Below, piece by piece: positions 44,598 to 53,452 of a DNA stretch of 64,000 bases. The stretch covers positions 32,931-96,930 of the forward strand of contig JAZJZE010000002.1 in assembly GCA_040390065.1 (NCBI GenBank), given 5' to 3'. The first letter of the stretch is position 1. Every line of letters begins with the position of its first letter. Source of the stretch: a bacterium (GTDB taxonomy: Archaea; Thermoplasmatota; E2; JACPAO01; JAHFTW01). The position numbers and the translations under genes were made by a program. The notes under the pieces were generated by a model. That model was not told the DNA's origin. It was given only the letters and a program-made list of their open reading frames with translations, and searched no databases.

Positions 44598-45693
44598 ACC
44601 GGAGGGTGGCGGCCTCGAACGGTACGAGCACGAGATCCTCAAGCGCCTTGCCGCACGCGGCCACGACGTGCACGCCGTCGCCTTCACGCGCCGCAGCTTG
44701 CCGGACCGCCTGCGCGACGGCGTGGCGGTGCAACGCATGGCTCCCGCTTTCACCGTAGGCAACACGCCAATCCACCCGCGCCTTGCCTCACACCTTACGC
44801 GCATGGTGCGCCGCATCGAGCCGGACGTCATCGTGGGCCACACTCCCGTGCCGTACACTGCGGAACGTGCAAGCCGTGTTGCCCAGCGCATGGGGCGTCC
44901 CTTCGTCGCCACGTACCACGCAGGGCGGCTGCATGGCAGCTCGCGGACCCTCGAAGCCCTCGCCGCACTCGACCGCGCCACCGCCGAGCGTCGCATGCTG
45001 GGCACAAGCGCCGGCCTCATCGCCGTCAGCCCCTTCGTGCGGGACCATGCCCTGGCGCGCCATCGTGACCGGGTGACGGTTGTCCGACCTGGCGTCGATA
45101 CCAATCGCTTCTGTCCAAACGGACTCCGCGTGACGCACGACATCCTGTTCGTCGGCCCGCTCTCCTCCCGCTACCGCTGGAAGGGCGTCGACGTCCTGTG
45201 GCGCGCCTTCCAACTCGTGCGGACACGCATGCCCGAGGCGGGCTTGGTCCTGGTGGGGAGAGGCGACCGTCTGGCGGAGTTCCGGCGCCGAGCGGCGCAT
45301 GACGGAGACCGCATCCGCCTGCCGGGCCACGTCACCGAGAACGACCTCGTCGAGGAGTACCGGCGTGCGGCCATGCTCGTGCTGCCGAGCACGACGGACG
45401 CGGAGGCGTTCGGTCTGGTGCTCGCGGAGGCGAACGCCTGCGGCCGCCCTGTCATCGGCTCACGCGTCGGCGGCATCCCCGACTTCGTGCGGCACGGCGA
45501 CAACGGGTTGCTCTGCGACATCGGCGACCCAAGCGACCTGGCGGACCGAATCGTCGAAGTGCTGGCCGACCCCCAGCGGGCGACGGCGATGGGAGCCAAC
45601 GGCCGTGCCCGCGTCGTCGCCGAGCACGATTGGGACAAGGCTGCTGACGCGACCGAGACCGTCCTCGAGCGGGCCCGCAGCTCGCCAGGCTAG
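44566..45693 (+). CDS. GT4-family glycosyltransferase
   Basis: ILFVGPLSSRYRWKGVDVL, EAFGLVLAEANACGRPVIGSRVGGIPDFV (E-x7-E-type motif). Overlaps previous gene by 32 nt. Confidence 0.75.
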   Translation: MRILAASPYYEPEGGGLERYEHEILKRLAARGHDVHAVAFTRRSLPDRLRDGVAVQRMAPAFTVGNTPIHPRLASHLTRMVRRIEPDVIVGHTPVPYTAERASRVAQRMGRPFVATYHAGRLHGSSRTLEALAALDRATAERRMLGTSAGLIAVSPFVRDHALARHRDRVTVVRPGVDTNRFCPNGLRVTHDILFVGPLSSRYRWKGVDVLWRAFQLVRTRMPEAGLVLVGRGDRLAEFRRRAAHDGDRIRLPGHVTENDLVEEYRRAAMLVLPSTTDAEAFGLVLAEANACGRPVIGSRVGGIPDFVRHGDNGLLCDIGDPSDLADRIVEVLADPQRATAMGANGRARVVAEHDWDKAADATETVLERARSSPG

Positions 45694-45700
45694 CGAAGAC

Positions 45701-46735
45701 TCACTGCAAGGTGGCGTGACGCAACGCCTCGAGGGTGCGGATGGGGCGGGCACCGGGCGCCGCCACCTCACGGAGGAGTTTGTGGGCCTCGGCGGCAGGA
45801 ATCTTGCCGTCGCGAGCCGCGCGCAGCAGTTTGAGCGTCGCGACACGGATTTGCCCGGTGGGATGCGGCGCCATGCGATGGGCCCCAGGGACCAGCGGGG
45901 CTCGCCACATGTACCAAAGCCGCTCGGCCAGGCCGTCGCGGCGACCATACGCATCCAGGGTCGGCAGGCCCGCGTGGCGCAATGCGGCGGGGACGGCGTC
46001 GAGGACCGCAGCGCGTGCGCTGCGCCATGCGGCCCACGGGTCGGCGATGCGCGCCTGAGCGGGGTCGACCTTGCGCACGTAGGCCCAGCGCAGGGCGTCG
46101 CCAAACGGCACGAGGGCGGCCGGCGCGGCACCGTCGGCCACCAAGCCATTGTAGATTGCCCAACGCTCGGTCTGGCTAGGGGCAAAGCGCCCCAAGGCAA
46201 GCAGGTGCGCGTCCAACGCCGCAAGCAGGGCCTTGCTGGACTGGATCTGCAGGTCGTGCGGGTGTCCCTCCTCGGCGGCAATCAGCAAGCCCGCGGCGCG
46301 GTTGACGAGCAGCCGAAGACCTTCGCGGCGGTCGAGTTGCGAGGGCGTCCGCACGCGGATGCGCCCCAACAGGTTGTCCCCCCACAGCACGCGGCCCCGG
46401 GCGCGCGTCTCGTACCAGAAGATGGAACGGGACACAAAGCGCAGGCGGGCGACTCCGACGGGCGCGAGGTCGACGTGCATGCGCAGTCGGTCCTCGAGCG
46501 TCAACCGCATGCGGCGGTACGAGACGCGCGCCGGGCCGATGCCGCGCAATGCGACGAGGTCGTAGTCGTTCTGCGGCTGCCCATCCAACACGGCCCCCTC
46601 GCCGCGGGCAAACGCACCGGTCAGAACAAGCGAACGCAGGGCGGGGTCGCCGGCGCGTACGATCCGGACCGCGGCCGCCAGGTCGGTCTCCACGCGCGCG
46701 ACAAGGGCCGGCGTGTCGTGCACCGTGTAAGCCAT
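45701..46735 (-). CDS. nucleotidyltransferase-domain (Pol-beta superfamily) protein
   Basis: Start at MAYTVHDTPALV (46735). LVLTGAFARGEG...DYDLV resembles the hG[GS]xxxGxx...[DE]h[DE]h NTase motif. About 250-aa C-terminal helical region. Confidence 0.45.
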   Translation of the reverse strand: MAYTVHDTPALVARVETDLAAAVRIVRAGDPALRSLVLTGAFARGEGAVLDGQPQNDYDLVALRGIGPARVSYRRMRLTLEDRLRMHVDLAPVGVARLRFVSRSIFWYETRARGRVLWGDNLLGRIRVRTPSQLDRREGLRLLVNRAAGLLIAAEEGHPHDLQIQSSKALLAALDAHLLALGRFAPSQTERWAIYNGLVADGAAPAALVPFGDALRWAYVRKVDPAQARIADPWAAWRSARAAVLDAVPAALRHAGLPTLDAYGRRDGLAERLWYMWRAPLVPGAHRMAPHPTGQIRVATLKLLRAARDGKIPAAEAHKLLREVAAPGARPIRTLEALRHATLQ

Positions 46736-46737
46736 GG

Positions 46738-48021
46738 TTACGGCCTTGCCTTCGGGGGCGCGGCGGCCACGCGCAGGCCGGGCCGTTCGCGCACGACGTC
46801 GCCAAGCAGGCTGTGCCCTTCCTGGCCGTCGGGCGTGGGCACGGCGAGGAGTGCGCACAAGGTCGGGAATACGTCGACCAGCGGTCGCCGGCCAACGTCC
46901 TTCGGACCTGCCAGGCCGTCGCTGGACAGCAAGGCCATCATGCCGTGCGTCTCGTCCGCCTTGTCGAGGTAGCCGTGCATGCCGCGGATGACCGAGTCCT
47001 TGACGTGGAAGTAGTCGGGCCAGAACAACACGCCTCGGTCTGCTGCGAGCATGCGGTCCCCCCACCGACGGTCCATGGGGATGCGCAGGTGGCGACGTTC
47101 GTCGTCAGGCAGGACGCGTGTGCCTGGGATGGTAGGCAAGACAGCCTCGACTTCGCGCCGGCCCGCATCAGTCAGATACCAGAAGACGGCAAGGGTGCTG
47201 TTGACGAAGACGACGTAGTCCTTGGCAGGCCGCGCGTGGCATTTGCGCAAGGCATGCAGCAGGTCCACCCGGCGTTCGACTTGCCCCATGCCGTGGTCGC
47301 CGCACACGAACAGGTCCCAGGAATCGTAGCCGGCCCCGAGTGCTGCGTGGATGCTGGCGAGCCGACGGTCGAGACGGCGCAGGAACCCATCGCGCATTGC
47401 GGCTGCGTGCGGCCCGTGCTTGTGGCCTTGCTGGTCGGTCACGCTGAACTGCGCCACGTACAGGTCATACGGGGCGCCGGCCCGCAAGTCGCGCACCAGG
47501 AGGTCGTGCACTTCGTCGTCGTCGCCGCTCACGGGATGGGCCAGGTAGCGGAAATTCAGTCCATGGGCACGGCACAAGTCGAAGATGCTCGTTGCCCGGA
47601 GTGCACCCGGCTCGTAGATTGGCCGCATGTCCTCGCACATGGCAAAGAACGGGAGGAAGCGCGGGGGGATCCACGCGGGGTCGGTGTGGAAGGCGCCCGT
47701 GCGCCACTTGGTGATGCGTTGGATGGCCATGCGCGCCGGGAACATCAGCTTGCGCGGGCGGACCAGGTTCCCGACGGGCCCGAGGCCGCGCACCCAACGG
47801 AACGGCGAGCCGTCGGGATCGAAGACGAACTGGCTGAAGTTGCCGGACGTGTCGGGGTACTGCCCGGAGAACATCACGGTGCGCTGCGCGAAGCCGGGCG
47901 GACTCTCGAACGATCCCGTGACGGCGTCCCGCGACAGGCGGTGCAGGAACGGCATGGACGATTCGCTGACGTAGTCGAATCGTCCGGCATCGATGATGAG
48001 GAAGACGGTTGCGTGGGTCAT
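46738..48021 (-). CDS. alkaline-phosphatase-superfamily enzyme (type I phosphodiesterase/nucleotide pyrophosphatase-like)
   Basis: FLIIDAGRFDY N-terminal metal-site motif, CGDHGM metal-binding DHG. 427 aa. Confidence 0.65.
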   Translation of the reverse strand: MTHATVFLIIDAGRFDYVSESSMPFLHRLSRDAVTGSFESPPGFAQRTVMFSGQYPDTSGNFSQFVFDPDGSPFRWVRGLGPVGNLVRPRKLMFPARMAIQRITKWRTGAFHTDPAWIPPRFLPFFAMCEDMRPIYEPGALRATSIFDLCRAHGLNFRYLAHPVSGDDDEVHDLLVRDLRAGAPYDLYVAQFSVTDQQGHKHGPHAAAMRDGFLRRLDRRLASIHAALGAGYDSWDLFVCGDHGMGQVERRVDLLHALRKCHARPAKDYVVFVNSTLAVFWYLTDAGRREVEAVLPTIPGTRVLPDDERRHLRIPMDRRWGDRMLAADRGVLFWPDYFHVKDSVIRGMHGYLDKADETHGMMALLSSDGLAGPKDVGRRPLVDVFPTLCALLAVPTPDGQEGHSLLGDVVRERPGLRVAAAPPKARP

Positions 48022-48030
48022 GGGGGCACT

Positions 48031-48990
48031 TCAGTGGCCGGGCTCCGGCCCGGGTGTTTCTTGCGGACCCCCTGGGGCCCGCGACGTTGCGCCGGCGACG
48101 AGTCCGGCAAGGAATACGAGGTCGAAGATGGGACTTAGAAGGACGCCCAGCACGCGGGCCATGGCGGGCATTCCCTTGTGCGGACGCAGGGCGCGTCGCA
48201 GGGTCGGAAGCCATAGGAGAACCATGAGGGCAAGGAGGGCGGCGGGCGTCGGAAAGGCGACGACAAGGAGGAGCAGGGCGGCAAGGGCAATGCCCCACGA
48301 GGCGTGCGCGGGCCAGCCGATTGTGCTTGCATACATGGCGCATCCAATTCCTTCACGGAGGTTCTTGCGCAGTTCGGCGCGGGCCGATCCGACGTCGTGG
48401 TGGTGGACGACGAGGGCCGGGTCGTACGTCGCAGACGCCCCATCCCGCACGGCGCGCCGGGCCAGCAGGAGGTCCTCGGCGGCATTGGCCCAAGGGTCGA
48501 ACGGGTGCTGCAGGAGGATGTTCTTGCGGTAGGCCGCCGCGACGTTCGAGGCGTAGCGCAGCGGCTGCTCGACCCGGGATTCGGGGAAGGCGTACCGCAG
48601 ACCGCGCACGGCGGCGCCGACTCCCCATCGGCGCGGGGCGTGCACCTGGCGGCTGAACGCCATGTCGTGTCCCTCGAGTGCTTGCAGCGCACGGGCGGCC
48701 CAGTTAGGGTCCAGTTCTGCATCCGCACTGAGGAAGGCGACTGCGTCGGCCCGTGCAACGGCGACGCCGAGATTGCGGGCCTCGCCGATGGGCAGACGGT
48801 GCGGCGCATCGACGAGGCGCAGCGGGACGGGGAAGGACCGTTGGGCCGCGCGCACCGCGGCGACCGTGCCATCGGTGCTGGCGGCATCCACGACGATGAC
48901 CTCGATGAGCTGCTCCGACTGCGCCGCAAGCGATCCGAGGCAAGCGGCAATGGAGCGTTCCTCATTCCATGTGAGCACGACCACCGACAT
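48031..48990 (-). CDS. GT2-family glycosyltransferase with C-terminal membrane segments
   Basis: Start at MSVVVLTWNEE (48990). VIVVDAASTDGT, AFLSADAE (DxD-like). Hydrophobic C-terminus. Confidence 0.7.
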   Translation of the reverse strand: MSVVVLTWNEERSIAACLGSLAAQSEQLIEVIVVDAASTDGTVAAVRAAQRSFPVPLRLVDAPHRLPIGEARNLGVAVARADAVAFLSADAELDPNWAARALQALEGHDMAFSRQVHAPRRWGVGAAVRGLRYAFPESRVEQPLRYASNVAAAYRKNILLQHPFDPWANAAEDLLLARRAVRDGASATYDPALVVHHHDVGSARAELRKNLREGIGCAMYASTIGWPAHASWGIALAALLLLVVAFPTPAALLALMVLLWLPTLRRALRPHKGMPAMARVLGVLLSPIFDLVFLAGLVAGATSRAPGGPQETPGPEPGH

Positions 48991-50260
48991 GCGGGGCTGG
49001 GGCAAGGCGCGACACCTCCGGATGCGAAGACCACAGGCGGAGGGCCGCGTAGATCCCGAAAGGCGCGTTCGCAAGCAGCCACGCCCAGGCAACGCCAGCG
49101 AGGCCGAATCGGCTGGCCATCGGGGGCACGGCAAGGGCGAGGGCGAGGATCATAAGGAGCGGCAGGACGACGAGAGCCGTGGAACGTTCGCGGGCGCGAA
49201 GGACGGCAAGGTAGAGGTACGTCGGGCCGACGAAGACCACGCTTGCCGCCAGGACTGCGAGGGCGGGGGCGGCGGCAGCGTACGGGGGCCCGAACAACTG
49301 CAGCAGGGGCGTCGACGACGCGGCGGCCAAGACCGCGGCGGGGACCACTACAAACAGCATGTGGCGGGCGGCGCGACGGACCGCAACCGTCGTGGTGCCG
49401 GGGCCGCCGCGTACCATCTCGGACAAGGCGCTGCGGCTGATGGCGGCTGCGGCGAGGAACAGCAGGGATGCCGCCGTCCACGCCATGCCGAAATAGGCGG
49501 CGGCAGCCGGACCACGCAGCGCCAGGACGATTGGCACCAGAATGAGGCCCGGAAGGAATTCGGCGGCGGAACCGGACACGTTGCGTAGCGCGCTTGCGAC
49601 GACCTCGCGCCGTGGCACGCTCCGGCCGGCGCGTTCCGGGATGTGCCGGGTGAAGGCCCAGGCGGCAAGCACAGAGGCGACCAGCGCCAGCGCCCATGCG
49701 AGTGCCACGGGTTGCGGGGCCGCCAGCCAGACGAGGGGAAGCGGAAGGGCAATGCGGACGACGCACAGGACGAGGTTGCGCTGGAACGCAAGACGGGCGT
49801 CGCCTTCTGCGAGGAAGTAGGCGTCCTGCAGCCAAGTCACGACGAGGGCGACGGCCGTGAGGCCCGCCAGGAACCATGCCGTATCGTCGAACGCGGCAAA
49901 GGCGGCGCTGCCGTGGGCGGCGACTGCAAGGATGGCCACGAGGGCCGCGGCCAGCGAGCCCCCCAAGACGATGGCGAAGCGGACGACGCGACCGGCTGCC
50001 TGACTGCTCGCGCCGGGGACGCAGCGCAGCACTGCCGTGTCCAGACCGCCCTTTGCCAGCACGGCGGCCAGCGTGGCAAGGGCAACGACGCCATACCCGA
50101 CGCCGACGGCGGACGGTGGCAGGCCCGACCAGCGCGCGAAGAGCATCCAGAAGAGGAGACCGGCTGCGGCTCCTGCCACGCCGTTCAGCATCAGGTACGC
50201 AGCGTTCTGGCCCTGAGACCGCCATCCGCGGCCCCCGTGCGAGGCGGCGTCGTCGTCCAT
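48962..50260 (-). CDS. polysaccharide biosynthesis protein / Wzx-like MOP-superfamily flippase
   Basis: 432 aa, about 12 hydrophobic helices. Typical layout of oligosaccharide-unit flippases. Overlaps downstream GT2 start by about 29 nt. Confidence 0.6.
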   Translation of the reverse strand: MDDDAASHGGRGWRSQGQNAAYLMLNGVAGAAAGLLFWMLFARWSGLPPSAVGVGYGVVALATLAAVLAKGGLDTAVLRCVPGASSQAAGRVVRFAIVLGGSLAAALVAILAVAAHGSAAFAAFDDTAWFLAGLTAVALVVTWLQDAYFLAEGDARLAFQRNLVLCVVRIALPLPLVWLAAPQPVALAWALALVASVLAAWAFTRHIPERAGRSVPRREVVASALRNVSGSAAEFLPGLILVPIVLALRGPAAAAYFGMAWTAASLLFLAAAAISRSALSEMVRGGPGTTTVAVRRAARHMLFVVVPAAVLAAASSTPLLQLFGPPYAAAAPALAVLAASVVFVGPTYLYLAVLRARERSTALVVLPLLMILALALAVPPMASRFGLAGVAWAWLLANAPFGIYAALRLWSSHPEVSRLAPAPHVGGRAHME

Positions 50261-50270
50261 CGCCCACCGC

Positions 50271-50984
50271 CTAGGCGGCCGCGGGTGCTTGGTCGCTCGC
50301 GGGTGCGCCTGCGTCGGGCCCGTCCGGGGGCGATGGAACTGTCAAGGGGTGCTCGGCCTGGGCAGCAAGCACACGCCGCACGAAATCCTCGTTGGCAAGC
50401 GCGTACCACGTCCCGTCACGGCCCCGCTCCTTGCGCAGGTCTCCGGAGCGCACCATGCGGTGGAGGTGGTATCCGAGCGTCGAGTCGGCGCAGCCCAGGC
50501 GCCGCCGCAATTCCGTGCGACCGAGGGGACCCGTCATGAGGATGCGACCGATGCGGCGCGGCACGGCCCGCGAGAAGCGGGCAAGTCCCGGGCGCAGGTC
50601 CGGAGTATGGTCGGCGGCCGCGAAGAAGCGGCGGTAGCGCCCGTCCTCCACTTCGACGACGGCCCCTTGCCGTTCCAGGCGGTCCAGATGGTGCCGCAAT
50701 TGGCCGGCCGACGAGAGGAGTGCAGCGCGTCCAAGGCCGCGGAAATGGATGCCCGGATTGTCCCTCACGATGCCGTAGATTCGGTGGCCAACGTCGCCGG
50801 CAGGGGGCACGTTTGCGCTGGCCGGGGAGATGGGGCGCGGCCGGGGAGGGCGGGCGAGGCGCGACGGAGCCGGGAAGGACACCGATGGCTCGGCGCGGGC
50901 CGGCAGTCCAACGTCGTTGCCAAGGGGCACTTGCCCCGGCAACACGGGTGCTGCGGTCTCTGGTTCAAGCGTGTCGTCGGCCAT
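50271..50984 (-). CDS. transcription regulator with tandem winged-helix domains
   Basis: Start at MADDTLEPE (50984). Two wHTH-like segments (HRIYGIVRDNPGIHFRGLGRAALLSSAGQLRHHLDRLERQGAVVEVEDGRYRRFF ; LGRTELRRRLGCADSTLGYHLHRMVRSGDLRKERGRDGTWYAL). Confidence 0.5.
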   Translation of the reverse strand: MADDTLEPETAAPVLPGQVPLGNDVGLPARAEPSVSFPAPSRLARPPRPRPISPASANVPPAGDVGHRIYGIVRDNPGIHFRGLGRAALLSSAGQLRHHLDRLERQGAVVEVEDGRYRRFFAAADHTPDLRPGLARFSRAVPRRIGRILMTGPLGRTELRRRLGCADSTLGYHLHRMVRSGDLRKERGRDGTWYALANEDFVRRVLAAQAEHPLTVPSPPDGPDAGAPASDQAPAAA

Positions 50985-51137
50985 GCGCGTCCTCTTTGAA
51001 GGCGAGGGAGCATAACCGCTTGGCCGGCGGCAAGAAGGCAATCGCATTCGTTCGGGTCGCGGCCACCGACATGGCGCGGGCCGCCGGGCGGCGCCGTTTG
51101 CGCAACAACCAAAAACCCCCCCCTCGTCGGCCAAGGC

Positions 51138-51335
51138 ATGCGCAGTGGGAAATTCCTGGCCGTGGCGTCGCTGGCCGTCGGGGTCGTGTTCTACCTCGGA
51201 TCCGTCGGCGGCATGCTTTGGGGCAAGGCCAGCCCGCCCGCCGACGTCGGGGTCGTGTCGACGTCGGCCGTCTTCGTCCTCTTCGGCGTCCTCGGCCTCA
51301 TGTTGAAGGACGACCAGGCTCCCCAGGCGCCGTAG
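51138..51335 (+). CDS. possible small membrane protein (65 aa)
   Basis: Two hydrophobic helices. Sits in a 350-bp gap. Weak. Confidence 0.25.
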   Translation: MRSGKFLAVASLAVGVVFYLGSVGGMLWGKASPPADVGVVSTSAVFVLFGVLGLMLKDDQAPQAP

Positions 51336-51336
51336 G

Positions 51337-52089
51337 TCAGACCACGCCGCTCGTGGCGGCAACGTAGATTGCTGCGAGCGTGAGCGCCGCCGCGAACAGG
51401 CGGGCGAGGGGCTGTGCACGGAGTCCATGAGCGGCCCGCGTGCCAAAGGTGGCGGCGCACACGGCTCCGAGGGCGATGGGGACCGCTGGATGCCAGTCTA
51501 GGCCCTTGCTCAGGCTCACGGCGGATGCCAATGCAGCGTTCGTGAAGACCGCCACGAGGCTCGACCCCACGGCGGCATGCATGCGGGTCCCAAGGAAGGC
51601 CAGCATGGGCACGCTCACCAGCCCGCCGCCGATGCCGAACAGGCGGGAGGCTGCGCCGGCGACGACGCCCAAAGCCACGACGCCGAGGGCGGGGTGTGGC
51701 TCCTCGTGCACCCGAGGCGGCTTGGCGACAAGGCGCCATGCTGCGCCGACCATGATGAGGGCGAACAGGAATTTCAGCCAGGACGTCCCGACGTGCCCCT
51801 CGATGACGATCCCGGCGGGAACGCCGACGGCCCCGCCGGCCACCAGAAGGCCCGCAAGGCGCCAATCGACGGCGCCGCGGCGCGCGTGCTGGTACACGCC
51901 GAGCGGTGGATGGGCCAGCATGGCGGCAAGCGATGTCGCGGTCGCGACGTGGAAGTCGACGCCGAGCCCGTACACGAGGACGGGCACGATGACGACGCCG
52001 CCGCCGATGCCAAACAGCGTCGAGAGGAAACCGGCCCCGGCGCCGAGCGCGACGAGCCCGGCGAAGGTCGACGGCTGCGCCGGGTCCAC
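51337..52089 (-). CDS. TauE/SafE-family sulfite/anion exporter
   Basis: 250 aa. Repeated GxGGG motifs (LFGIGGGVVIVPVLVY ; LFGIGGGLVSVPMLAF) in two internal repeats. 7-8 TM. Confidence 0.75.
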   Translation of the reverse strand: MDPAQPSTFAGLVALGAGAGFLSTLFGIGGGVVIVPVLVYGLGVDFHVATATSLAAMLAHPPLGVYQHARRGAVDWRLAGLLVAGGAVGVPAGIVIEGHVGTSWLKFLFALIMVGAAWRLVAKPPRVHEEPHPALGVVALGVVAGAASRLFGIGGGLVSVPMLAFLGTRMHAAVGSSLVAVFTNAALASAVSLSKGLDWHPAVPIALGAVCAATFGTRAAHGLRAQPLARLFAAALTLAAIYVAATSGVV

Positions 52090-52504
52090 ACGGCGGCCAC
52101 GCGGTCATGCCGTACAACGTTTGCCAAGCGGAGCCGCGGTCTACGCGCTGCGCGCGTCCAGAAAAGTGGGGGGGCCGCGCGGAGCGCAGGTTTGCAGGCC
52201 TGGACGGCCGAGCGAAGCGAGCTCCATCCAGCCACCATGCCTCGCAGCCGGTCCGCGCAGCCCCCTGCCGAAACCTACCCTTGGCTGCCTCTCAAATGGG
52301 TCGTCTGCCCGGGCGCGCGCAGCGCCGCCCGAAGCGGTGAGGACCCATTTGGGAGAGGGGAAGGGGCGGCCCAAAAAGTGCCGCATCACTTGGAGGAAGT
52401 GACAGCCTGTTGGCCACCCACCGGGCGGCCGGTCAGCATCCCCTTCCAGACCCCGCCTCCGGCGTCCGCGTTCTTACGGTTTGCGGTGGCGGCTTTGCGA
52501 AGAT

Positions 52505-52936
52505 TCAAGGTTCCATCGTCGCGCCGTCGTCGTCCTTGCTCTTGCGCTCTTCGACCTTGCGGATGAACTTGCGCCCCTCGTTGACGGCGGTGTCCCAAAG
52601 GAGCTCTTCCGTGGCGATGGATTCGTCATGCAGTTTGCGGGCGATCATGCGGATGGCCATCTCGCGGGCGTTGGCAGGGTAGCCCATGTCGATGAGGCGC
52701 ACGACGGACCTGGCGCGAAGCGGCAAGCCGGCGAGGACGACGAGGAGGATGAGCGGCACGACGAGGAAGACGGTGGCGACGGCGTAGGCGTACGGGAAGT
52801 ACTTCGGCCAGAACAGGCCCACGATGGCCGAGCCGAGGATGGCGAGGATGCCGACGACGAGGAGGAAACGGGCAAGACGCAGGAGGCGAACGATGCGTTG
52901 CAGGCGCTCGGACCAGCGCCGCATCGACTCGTCCAT
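52505..52936 (-). CDS. small membrane protein, unknown function
   Basis: Start taken at MDESMRRW to avoid overlap with rnhA. Two to three TM helices (FLLVVGILAILGSAIVGLFW, VATVFLVVPLILLVVLAGLPL). Confidence 0.4.
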   Translation of the reverse strand: MDESMRRWSERLQRIVRLLRLARFLLVVGILAILGSAIVGLFWPKYFPYAYAVATVFLVVPLILLVVLAGLPLRARSVVRLIDMGYPANAREMAIRMIARKLHDESIATEELLWDTAVNEGRKFIRKVEERKSKDDDGATMEP

Positions 52937-53018
52937 GAGGTGCCAGATGGCGCGGTACCAGGGCTTTGCGTCCACGCCGCAACACCCGCCCTGACTGCCA
53001 TGAAGGTTGCTAGACGAA

Positions 53019-53414
53019 TCAAGCCAGCCCAATCGCCTTCTTGGAAGCCTCATCGGCCATCAGGTTCTGCTCGCGCGGCACCCATTCGAGTCTGTGCGAG
53101 GCGAAGCGCGACAGCAGCTTGGCGGCCTCGGCGTGCAGGGGGGCCAGCTCCGCCTTGCGGACCTTGTACTGCCCGGAGAGTTGGCGCAGGATCAATTGCG
53201 AATCGCCGTGCACGACGATGTCGGTCGCGCCTACGGCGAGGGCGTGGCGGAGACCGAGGATGAGGGCGTGGTATTCGGCGAGGTTGTTCGTGCCATGACC
53301 CTTCGCCATCGACAAGATGTGCGGCTTTGCACCCTCGACGTCGACGACAGCGCCCAGACCCATGGGACCCGGGTTGCCGGAGCAGGCGCCGTCGAACCAA
53401 ATGGTGGCCTTCAA
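53019..53414 (-). CDS. rnhA: ribonuclease HI (type 1 RNase H)
   Basis: MKATIWFDGACSGNPGPMGLGAVV, NNLAEYHALILGL, VHGDSQLI, EWVPREQNLMADEASKKAI. Catalytic D/E/D/D positions present. Confidence 0.8.
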   Translation of the reverse strand: MKATIWFDGACSGNPGPMGLGAVVDVEGAKPHILSMAKGHGTNNLAEYHALILGLRHALAVGATDIVVHGDSQLILRQLSGQYKVRKAELAPLHAEAAKLLSRFASHRLEWVPREQNLMADEASKKAIGLA

Positions 53415-53452
53415 CGCGGTAGGTACTGGTTGTGCGGTTCTTGGCCTTGCCC

